From NCBI GenBank assembly GCA_038243585.1, contig JBBSQY010000027.1:1-44807 (forward strand): a stretch of 44,807 bases of DNA. The letters run 5' to 3'. Below the pieces are notes generated by a model that saw only the letters and a list, made by a program, of their open reading frames with translations, did no database searches and had not been told where the DNA came from. This DNA comes from Candidatus Sumerlaeales bacterium (GTDB lineage Bacteria; Sumerlaeota; Sumerlaeia; Sumerlaeales; Sumerlaeaceae). Positions 37,449-44,807 of the stretch are shown in pieces. Position numbers and translations under genes: made by a program. How positions within the stretch are numbered: the first letter of the stretch is position 1; each line of letters starts with the position of its first letter.

Positions 37449-37604
37449 AGCGTTAGCTGAGAAAGTCAGTCTTTTGCACCTGCGACGTCAATTGTTACTT
37501 CATTGGAACGCATTAAGCAGGTGCCACCGGGAGAATGGATGGCGGTAACGCGGGAAATATAGGTGAAAGGCCATTTTCTGATTTTTCGTCAACATTTAAT
37601 CGAG

Positions 37605-37724
37605 CTGGAGTATGTGAGGCCTGCCACCGAAATTGTTATTTACAGACCATGGCGTTCCTCCCATGTTCCTGGGCCCCGCTCCGCGGGAGATTAAGGCGGT
37701 GGCGGGCCACCGCACTCCAGGACG
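37605..37724. repeat. REP family C variant with a degenerate inverted partner
   Basis: GCGGTGGC-GG-GCCACCGC-ACTCCAGGACG at 37693-37724; degenerate inverted copy ctggagtatgtgaggcctgccaccg at 37605-37629. Confidence 0.7.
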
Positions 37725-37919
37725 CCTATATACAATCCTCAAATTAAGGTGAATTCGGAGCGACGTTACGGCGACGCACTCGAGAGGGGGTGTTTCCGTT
37801 TTGTCGGGTTTTTGAGTGGTGGCGCTTGTTGATTGGAAAATCCCTTGAACACTGGATATTTACAGAGGAATTGTTATTCTGATCTATACAGAAACTCCCT
37901 TTCAGGAGGCCCAGTTACT

Positions 37920-38882
37920 TTGAGTGAATTCATTTCTCGTCGCGACTTTCTTGCCGGCGGCGCTGTTGTCGCCGCAGCTACTGTCGCGATAAGTCGTCAG
38001 GCTGCCGGCCAGACCGGCACCACTGTCACAACCACATCCGCCGGCGTGCCGGCCAGCAATCCTCGCGGCGGTGCGTTCAAGCTTCTTTACGCGCCGCATC
38101 TGGGCCTGTTTGAAAAAAGCGCGGGAAAAGACCCCATCGATCAGATTAAGTTCATGGCCGACGAAGGATTCCGGGCTTATGAAGACAACGGTCTACCTAA
38201 GCGTCCGGTTGAGTTGCAGGAAAAAATAGGGCAGGAACTTCGGCGGCTAAACATGGCCATGGGCGTTTTTGTTGCTCATGGAGACTTTGCCGCTGAATCA
38301 TTCGTTAAGCGGGATCCAGCGGTGCGCGACGCGCTGGTTAAGGAAATGCACGCGGCGGTAGAAGTGGCCAAGCGCGTGGACGCCAAGTGGTGTACCGTGG
38401 TGCTGGATGCGAATGATCCAAAAACTGACGTGGGAATTCAGACGGCTAACGCTATAGACAATCTGCGCGCGTGTGCTGAGGTGTTTGAAAAGGCCGGCCT
38501 GGTAATGGTGCTGGAGCCGTTGAACCACTGGAATCATCCCGGTTTGTTTCTGACGAGCGTTCCGCAGGCTTACGCCATCTGCCGCGCCGTCGACAGCCCG
38601 GCCTGCAAAATTTTGAACGATTTTTACCATCAACAGATTGCCGTGGGCAACCTGATTCCAAACATGGAAGCTTGCTGGGACGAGACTGCTTATCTCCAGG
38701 TGGGTGATAATCCCGGTCGCAATGAGCCGGGGACGGGCGAGATCAATTACCGTAATATCTTCAAGCGGGTTCATGAAAAAGGATATGCGGGCGTCATCGG
38801 CATGGAGCACGGTAAGGCGGACAAGTCACAAGCGGGCGAACGGGCAGTAATTGACGCGTATAAAGAAGCCGATAACTTTTAA
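37920..38882 (+). CDS. Tat-exported hydroxypyruvate isomerase-like TIM-barrel protein
   Basis: AGGAGG SD and TTG start; SRRDFL Tat motif; VLEPLN, DFYHQQI and DNPGRNEPGTGEINY. Confidence 0.9.
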   Translation: MSEFISRRDFLAGGAVVAAATVAISRQAAGQTGTTVTTTSAGVPASNPRGGAFKLLYAPHLGLFEKSAGKDPIDQIKFMADEGFRAYEDNGLPKRPVELQEKIGQELRRLNMAMGVFVAHGDFAAESFVKRDPAVRDALVKEMHAAVEVAKRVDAKWCTVVLDANDPKTDVGIQTANAIDNLRACAEVFEKAGLVMVLEPLNHWNHPGLFLTSVPQAYAICRAVDSPACKILNDFYHQQIAVGNLIPNMEACWDETAYLQVGDNPGRNEPGTGEINYRNIFKRVHEKGYAGVIGMEHGKADKSQAGERAVIDAYKEADNF

Positions 38883-38921
38883 TTTTTTGGCAAAGCGGAA
38901 CCCATTTCAGGAGAAAATTAT

Positions 38922-40241
38922 ATGAGCGATTTTACACGCAGGTCATTTCTTAAATCCGCAGCGCTGGCGACCGGCCTGGCCGCAGTAGCTACGCAGAAGG
39001 TTGTGGCGCAGACCAAAGACACAGCGGCAGCGGCGACAGATACCACCGGAACGATGAGGGCGAATGTTGCTGGCAGCGATGTCATTCGGGTGGGAGTAAT
39101 CGGCGCAGGCGGACGCGGCACTGGGGCGGCCATTGATTGTATCAAATCGTCTCCGGGTGTTCAGATTGTGGCTATCGGCGACGCCTTTATGGATCGCGCC
39201 GAGGAATGCCTGAAGAAACTGCAGGAAAAGCATCCTGAGAACTGCACAGCTACCAAGGAGACGCTATTTGACGGCTTCGACTGTTATGATAAAGTTATAA
39301 ATGCCGGGGTCGACTTAGTCATACTGGCGTCGCCTCCGGGATTTCGTCCGACGCAGCTTCGCGCGGCGGTGGAGGCAGACAAGCACGTTTTCGCAGAGAA
39401 GCCTGTCGCAGTTGATCCTGTAGGTGTGCGGCACGTTTTGGAGACGTATGAGATGGCCAAAACGAAGGGGCTGGCCATTGTTGCCGGAACCCAGCGCCGG
39501 CATTCCAAAATCTATCTGGAAACCATGCAGCGTGTCAAGGACGGTGCCATCGGCGAGTTGGTTGGCGGGCAGTTTTATTGGGTTCAGGAGGGTCTCTGGG
39601 TTAAGGAGAAACAACCCGAGTGGAGCGATATGGAATGGCAGATGCGCAACTGGCTGTATTTCGATTGGACGTCTGGCGACATCATTGTGGAGCAGCATCT
39701 TCATAATATCGACGTCATGAATTGGGCCATGGGCGGACCGCCGGAAAAATGTATCGCATCTGGCGGCAGACTGGTTCGCGATGAACCTAAGTACGGCAAC
39801 GTCTATGATCACTTCGACGTGGAATTTGAGTATGCCAACGGCGTGCGCACCACCAGCATGTGCCGCCAATGGGAAGGGGGCACGCGCCGCGTGTCTGAAC
39901 GCCTTGTGGGGACAAATGGCACGGCAGATCCCAACGGGATCATTAACGGTCCGGAAGCCTGGAAGTTCGAAGGTGATTATGACATGAAGGACGCTTATGT
40001 ACAGGAGCACACGGACCTGATCAAAAGCATCCGGGACGGCAAACCACTGAATGAGCTGAAACAGGTGGCGGAAAGCTGTCTGACCGCTATCATGGCGCGC
40101 ACTGCAGCTTACACTGGCCAGGCGGTTTCCTTTAAATGGGCAATGAACGCGAGCAAGCTCGACCTGACTCCGGAAAAGATGGAGTTCGGGCCTCACGAAA
40201 TTAATCCGGTACCAAAAGCCGGAGTTACTAAACTGGTATAA
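38922..40241 (+). CDS. Tat-exported Gfo/Idh/MocA oxidoreductase
   Basis: TRRSFLK, VIGAGGRG, HVFAEKPVA and EQHLHNIDV motifs. Confidence 0.94.
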   Translation: MSDFTRRSFLKSAALATGLAAVATQKVVAQTKDTAAAATDTTGTMRANVAGSDVIRVGVIGAGGRGTGAAIDCIKSSPGVQIVAIGDAFMDRAEECLKKLQEKHPENCTATKETLFDGFDCYDKVINAGVDLVILASPPGFRPTQLRAAVEADKHVFAEKPVAVDPVGVRHVLETYEMAKTKGLAIVAGTQRRHSKIYLETMQRVKDGAIGELVGGQFYWVQEGLWVKEKQPEWSDMEWQMRNWLYFDWTSGDIIVEQHLHNIDVMNWAMGGPPEKCIASGGRLVRDEPKYGNVYDHFDVEFEYANGVRTTSMCRQWEGGTRRVSERLVGTNGTADPNGIINGPEAWKFEGDYDMKDAYVQEHTDLIKSIRDGKPLNELKQVAESCLTAIMARTAAYTGQAVSFKWAMNASKLDLTPEKMEFGPHEINPVPKAGVTKLV

Positions 40242-40248
40242 TGTAATG

Positions 40249-40283
40249 AATGGGCCGGGAAATTTTCCCGGCCCATTTTGTTT
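40249..40283. terminator. Rho-independent terminator between convergent genes
   Basis: AATGGGCCGGGAAA/TTTCCCGGCCCATT inverted repeat followed by TTGTTT. Confidence 0.85.
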
Positions 40284-41154
40284 AGATCAGGCCATGGGCG
40301 GCCATGCTCCATTCTCTTCCGTGGACTAAGCCACGGCCCGTGGCGAGTGTCATTTTTCGGGCCAGGACGTCGTTGCGCCACTCTTCATTTGCGCACGCGG
40401 CCACGGCCCGTGCAGCTACGATCAGTGATTTCTGTTCGATGTTGGATTGCCAGTCTGACATCCGCCTGACTGTTGCCAGGTGTTGCCTGCGCCAGCCGCC
40501 GTTTTGAACGGCGACGTCCAGGAAGAAGCATCGCGCCTGTAGGGATGTGAAGCCGAGGGATGCCGCCGCAGCAGTAGCGGGTGTCCAAAAGCGTTTTTTT
40601 GCGGTATGGAGTTGGAGCTTCCGCATCGCGGGACACCGACCCCACTGGCGCAAGGCCGTGCGCCATTCTGCCGATACAACGTTGTCCGCTCCGTAGAAGA
40701 GTTTGCGCCATTGGACAGCAGAGCGCCGTTGGTCCATGCAATCAGTCAGTCTGTCTCGCAGGCGCGCCGGCAATTCGTTCAGCGCGGCGGGCATTTCTGA
40801 TAGATATTCCGCCAGCAGTTGCTGTACCTCGCCGTGAGCTGTGGTAAATCCGGCAATGCCCATGGTGAGGCCCGCGTCGTCAATGTCCCTGGCGTTGCAA
40901 TCGCCAAACGAGGTTCCTTCGAAGTTCGAGACCAGGTTCATGGCCCGCGCGAATTCGGTCGGCCACTCCACTCCTGTTGCTTCAAATTCCCGCTGCCCGG
41001 CCCTGCCGGTTGGAGGCAGCTTGTGAGCAAGTTGGATCCGCTGGATGGCCAGGGCCGTTTGTTTGCCAAATTCGCCGTCGGCCAGTATCCCAAGGCCCTG
41101 TTGCAGCCGTTCCACGATGAAACCTTTTGCACCTGTTGAGTAATTAAAGCTCAT
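40282..41154 (-). CDS. Peptidoglycan-binding domain + GH46 (chitosanase)/lysozyme-like hydrolase
   Basis: VERLQQGLGILADGEFGKQT..A (PGBD) and AMNLVSNFE...DIDDAGLTMGIAGF (GH46-like). Start taken at Met 41154. Confidence 0.75.
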   Translation of the reverse strand: MSFNYSTGAKGFIVERLQQGLGILADGEFGKQTALAIQRIQLAHKLPPTGRAGQREFEATGVEWPTEFARAMNLVSNFEGTSFGDCNARDIDDAGLTMGIAGFTTAHGEVQQLLAEYLSEMPAALNELPARLRDRLTDCMDQRRSAVQWRKLFYGADNVVSAEWRTALRQWGRCPAMRKLQLHTAKKRFWTPATAAAASLGFTSLQARCFFLDVAVQNGGWRRQHLATVRRMSDWQSNIEQKSLIVAARAVAACANEEWRNDVLARKMTLATGRGLVHGREWSMAAHGLI

Positions 41155-41315
41155 GTTTCGTTCCATCCATTTATTAAGATGGAGCAAAATTATCAAGGGG
41201 AAAAGGGTCGCGGTATTCCCGCACGGGCACTTAACACGATTTTTTTCAGATGCAAATTCAGGGGACGGAGGCGAAAAGAATGCCCATTTGATCCTCCGAT
41301 GTTTCACCCTTGTGC

Positions 41316-42329
41316 TTAGTTGGAAGTCGACAATGCTCTGGTGCTATCTGCCTTTGTCTCGCGCAGGTAAAATCCCGCAGTGAAGTACACACTCCAGATA
41401 ACCAAAGTCGCTCCAGCGAAGGTGTAACGGGCGGTCTGGGACAGGTGGCTTTGGCGTAGATAGCTTTCTATAATGGCGGCGATAAGCAGCATTAACCCTA
41501 CGCCTACGATAGTTCGAGCCGCTTCTTCTCCGGCCAGGCGCATGCTTTCGCCCCGGGTCAGCAGGCCCGGGCTTAACACTGCCTGGCCGATGCGGAGGCC
41601 CGCTCCACTGCACAGTACTATCGCCCATAGCTCGGTAATTCCGTGGGGAAGTATCCAGGCCCAGAATTCGGCATTAATGCCGGCGTTGTAGTGCACGGCA
41701 GCGAACGCTCCAAGCATCAGACCGTTGTAGAGGGTCAGGAAAACCGTCGGAATGGCGGCGAGGGCGCCGGCAGCCAAAGCTACGATTCCGACCTTAAGAT
41801 TGTGACTGAAAAGGAACGAGGCAAAATGAAATTTTTGACCGGCCTCTGTATCGCGGCCATGTCTGAGCACATACAGGAGCTGCTCTTTTGATGCGCCGGG
41901 CTGGCGAAGTTCATCGCCGATGAGGAGGGCGTAAGCATTGGTAGAATCCTGTTGCACGGCGAAAAAGGCTACGAGCATACCGAGCAGAAGGAGGAACCCG
42001 GCGAGGGTGTGAAACTTCCACAAACGGGCGACCGACGCGGGGAAACTTCTGGCAAAAAATCGGGGAATGCCGCTTATCACGTTTCGCCGTGGGGGCAAGT
42101 ATATGATGCTGTGTGCAGCAGCGGTCAGGTTGTTTAGATATTGGATAAGCCCATGGTCGGTGGTGCGAGAGGATACCTGGGCCAGATGGGAGCTGGTGCG
42201 TCGATAGAGGATGTCCAGGCGGCTGAGGTCCTCCGGCGTGAGTTTACGAATTGACTTGCGGGCTCTGCTTACCAGCAATTCAAGTTCGTCCCACTCCGGT
42301 TTGTAGCGTGATACATAATTAATCGCCAT
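41316..42329 (-). CDS. SpoIIM-like membrane protein
   Basis: W.ELE.L, LYRRTSSHLA, LFSHNLKV, WILPHGITEL and AAIIESY motifs. Confidence 0.92.
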   Translation of the reverse strand: MAINYVSRYKPEWDELELLVSRARKSIRKLTPEDLSRLDILYRRTSSHLAQVSSRTTDHGLIQYLNNLTAAAHSIIYLPPRRNVISGIPRFFARSFPASVARLWKFHTLAGFLLLLGMLVAFFAVQQDSTNAYALLIGDELRQPGASKEQLLYVLRHGRDTEAGQKFHFASFLFSHNLKVGIVALAAGALAAIPTVFLTLYNGLMLGAFAAVHYNAGINAEFWAWILPHGITELWAIVLCSGAGLRIGQAVLSPGLLTRGESMRLAGEEAARTIVGVGLMLLIAAIIESYLRQSHLSQTARYTFAGATLVIWSVYFTAGFYLRETKADSTRALSTSN

Positions 42330-42349
42330 TTAAAAACTCGCTAAAAGGT

Positions 42350-43153
42350 GTGCTTTTGAAAGACAGTATTCAATTTGAAACGCCGGAAAACGTGCAAGTC
42401 ACGTACGAAATCGCGGGTCTGGGATCTCGCTTTGTCGCCTGGTTTGAAGATCAGCTTATTTTGCTGGTGCTGCTGTTCATCGTGTTCCTCTGCCTGCTTT
42501 TCCTTGGAATGGGGAACGCGTGGGTGGTGGCCAATTATTTCCCTTCGGGTGTCGATGAAAAAGACTCGGCATTCTATTTCATAGGCCTTGCCACGCTTAT
42601 TATGGGATTCGCAAACTTCATTTACTTTGGTTTGTCTGAACTGCTGATGCGCGGTCAGACGATTGGAAAGCGTCATGCCCATATCCGGGTGGTAAAATTA
42701 AATGGCTATGCCCTGGACGCCGGGAGCATTTTAATGCGAAATGCTTTTCGAGTGCTTGATCATATCCCGCTCCTGTGGATTGTTCCTGCTTTTGCGCCGC
42801 GGTCGCAGCGGCTGGGCGACATGCTGGCAGGAACGCTGTGTATCTCCGATGAACAGAAGACGCTGGGGAGCCTGCGGGAAGTTCTGCTGGCGCGCCCGGC
42901 GACGGAGCGGGAATTTCGTTTCGACATCGGCGCACTGAACAGGGCAAGGCAAACGGATATTGAAGCGGTGGAGCGGATACTGGAGAACATTCCGACTATG
43001 ACGGAGGAGCGGCAGGCCTATTTGCTTGAGATCATTTGCAATCCATTGGCGGAACGCCTGCAGGTACCTGAGCCGGATCCGGGCAGTCGACGTCAGTTTC
43101 TTGAAGATTTTCTCGCGGCGGATTATCGCCGCCGGCAACGTCAACTAGGGTAG
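42350..43153 (+). CDS. RDD family protein
   Basis: ETPENV..YEIAGLGSRFVAWFED, GQTIGKR and QRLGDMLAGT motifs. Confidence 0.92.
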   Translation: MLLKDSIQFETPENVQVTYEIAGLGSRFVAWFEDQLILLVLLFIVFLCLLFLGMGNAWVVANYFPSGVDEKDSAFYFIGLATLIMGFANFIYFGLSELLMRGQTIGKRHAHIRVVKLNGYALDAGSILMRNAFRVLDHIPLLWIVPAFAPRSQRLGDMLAGTLCISDEQKTLGSLREVLLARPATEREFRFDIGALNRARQTDIEAVERILENIPTMTEERQAYLLEIICNPLAERLQVPEPDPGSRRQFLEDFLAADYRRRQRQLG

Positions 43154-43275
43154 GAGCTTTGCGAGGCAGCCTCGCTCATTTACAAGAATATACAGCATGA
43201 AACTTCTTGCGTAATTCTGGCCGCGGGGCAACGGCTATTGCATCGACAACATAACCGGGGCCGGAAGGATCAATT

Positions 43276-44100
43276 ATGCGTTACGCCATGGGACAACTTT
43301 CCATAGGTCAGATACTGGACCAAAGCTTTAGCCTTTTTAAAAATCACACCAAGTTGTTTCTGGGTATAGCTGCAATTCTTTATACGCCTGTGTTGTTTAT
43401 CTATGGACTGGTGAACATGCTGGCGACGCCAAAACTTTCTCCGGGGGCGACTGCGGAAGAAACGGCCGCGGCCGCGGTTGAATCCTTGCCGTATACTTTT
43501 GGGGCCAGCCTTGTGTTTTTGGTTGTGGTGTTTACGATCATAGGTCCGCTTTTTTCGGCAGCCATTACGTATGCCGTGGGCAGCGAGTACCTGGATAAGC
43601 CCACCACGGTAAAGGAAGCCATCAGCGCAGCATGGTCAAGGTTCGGGTCTGTACTCTATACGGGAATCCTATCCGGCCTTTTCATTTTGCTCGGCTTCAT
43701 ATTGTTTATTATCCCGGGCATTTACCTAATGTTTAAGTATTACCTGGCGATGCCGGTGGTCGTGCTGGAAGATGTAAAAGGTCGCGCTGCCTTAAAACGC
43801 AGTGGGTTTCTGATGAAGGGCAACATGGGCATTGCCTTTGTGCTGGGGATCCTGCTGATGGTGTTGTCGCTTGCAGCCACGTTTGTCAGTTCCCTCATCC
43901 CGATCCCGTTTGTTACGCTTGTGATCGATACTATCGTTCAGACATGCGTGGTTACTATCACATATGTAGCGGGCGTAGTGCTCTACTTCCATGCCCGGTC
44001 GAAGCATGAAAACTATGATTTGCAGATGCTGGCGGAATCTGTGGGCGCTGATGAGCCGTTCGACTCCCAGGGGCCTCCACCCCTCCCGTCCATGCAGTAA
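43276..44100 (+). CDS. Membrane protein (GDPD-membrane-domain/DUF7544-like) of the MoxR-associated cluster
   Basis: LSIGQILDQSF, FIIPGIY, VVVLE....ALKRS..L and LYFHARSKHENYDL motifs. Confidence 0.75.
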   Translation: MRYAMGQLSIGQILDQSFSLFKNHTKLFLGIAAILYTPVLFIYGLVNMLATPKLSPGATAEETAAAAVESLPYTFGASLVFLVVVFTIIGPLFSAAITYAVGSEYLDKPTTVKEAISAAWSRFGSVLYTGILSGLFILLGFILFIIPGIYLMFKYYLAMPVVVLEDVKGRAALKRSGFLMKGNMGIAFVLGILLMVLSLAATFVSSLIPIPFVTLVIDTIVQTCVVTITYVAGVVLYFHARSKHENYDLQMLAESVGADEPFDSQGPPPLPSMQ

Positions 44101-44105
44101 GCATA

Positions 44106-44750
44106 TTGACACAAGTTCCCGCACCGGTGGCGGATGCCGACGCCATTCGAAAACTTGCCTCTGACGTGCTCCTGCAGCCGGATTACAAGCTACAGTCTAC
44201 TGAAAACTTCGCCCGACTGGTGGAGTGGTTCTTTGACTTGTTTCGGGCCTTATTTAAAATGTTTGATGCGCTTTACGACTTCTCGCCCTATGTTTTCTAT
44301 GCGCTGGTGGCGGTGCTAGTCCTGATCGCCGGGGGCTTAATTTTTCATATAGCATACAGTTTGAGAACCGCCATGCGTGGGCGTCGCGCGTTGAAAGCCT
44401 ATGAGGAACAGGGAGGCGCGGCGGAGGCGCTGCCGGATACCTGGGCGCGCCGGGCGCGGGACGCTTTCGCGGCGGACGATTATCTGCCGGCGATTCGGTT
44501 TCTTCTTCATGCGAGCCTCCTTCGACTGGAACTCGCCCGCAAGGCGACGTTCCGGCGTGGGGCGACCAATAGAGAATACCTGAGGCGCTACAAGAATACC
44601 GGAGCCTATCCGCCGCTCGCGGAACTGGTGGAGATAACAGATTCGAGGTGGTTCGGCGGCATCGATTGTTCGCGTGGCGACGTTGAGGCGTGTTTTCAGG
44701 CGCACCAGCAGATCGAACAACTCGTGTCCGAAGGCAACCTTCGTGCTTAG
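44106..44750 (+). CDS. DUF4129 domain protein
   Basis: TM segment, then AIRFLLHASLLRL, ATNREYLR and WFGG motifs. Confidence 0.8.
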   Translation: MTQVPAPVADADAIRKLASDVLLQPDYKLQSTENFARLVEWFFDLFRALFKMFDALYDFSPYVFYALVAVLVLIAGGLIFHIAYSLRTAMRGRRALKAYEEQGGAAEALPDTWARRARDAFAADDYLPAIRFLLHASLLRLELARKATFRRGATNREYLRRYKNTGAYPPLAELVEITDSRWFGGIDCSRGDVEACFQAHQQIEQLVSEGNLRA

Positions 44751-44807
44751 CGCCCGTAACGCCCTTGTGCTGTTTGTTCTCGCGGCGTTGCTCTCTATCG
44801 GCGCGAC
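44743..44807 (+). CDS. Start of next gene (probably DUF4350-like), truncated
   Basis: GTG overlapping the DUF4129 stop and a hydrophobic N-terminus (VLSARNALVLFVLAALLSIGA). Identity inferred from usual gene order only. Confidence 0.45.
   Translation, partial: MLSARNALVLFVLAALLSIGA

Noticed and set aside
37504..37519. Sigma-54-like TGGAACGCATTAAGCA
   Set aside because: Weak -12 box and about 400 bp from the next same-strand gene.
41155..41315. c-di-GMP-II or c-di-AMP riboswitch upstream of the hydrolase
   Set aside because: Only fragments (CGGGCACTT, GGGACGGAGG) match, they are on the wrong strand, and the other conserved blocks are missing.
1..44807. tRNA/rRNA genes
   Set aside because: No cloverleaf or rRNA signatures were recognised in the intergenic regions by eye; tRNAscan or Infernal would be needed to exclude them.

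Overview
Bacterial chromosomal window of about 40 genes. A C-terminal 'SGVTDWQLFQ' tail and the gene content suggest Candidatus Sumerlaeota/BRC1 (inference only). Housekeeping genes (trpS, scpA/scpB, glmU, ptsH, cysH, rpsP-khpA-rimM, clpP, queE, gmd) are mixed with cell-envelope enzymes, sugar-use genes and the start of an RDD/SpoIIM/DUF4129 (MoxR-type) cluster. The main non-coding signal is about 20 copies of three distinct REP-like palindrome families (two GTAG-footed, one GGAG-footed), plus a REP-associated tyrosine transposase (RAYT) whose stop codon lies inside a REP. Several normally conserved operons break at REP clusters: terminase without portal, rimM without trmD, clpP without tig/clpX, ytfQR without permeases. 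Other oddities are an LpxT-like/APH-like fusion with both active sites apparently degenerate, a GlmU with a degenerate acetyltransferase half, a PG-binding/GH46-like hydrolase, a methyltransferase with no canonical start codon, three sigma-54-type promoters and a sharp local GC-skew flip. All calls come from motif reading; no database searches were run.
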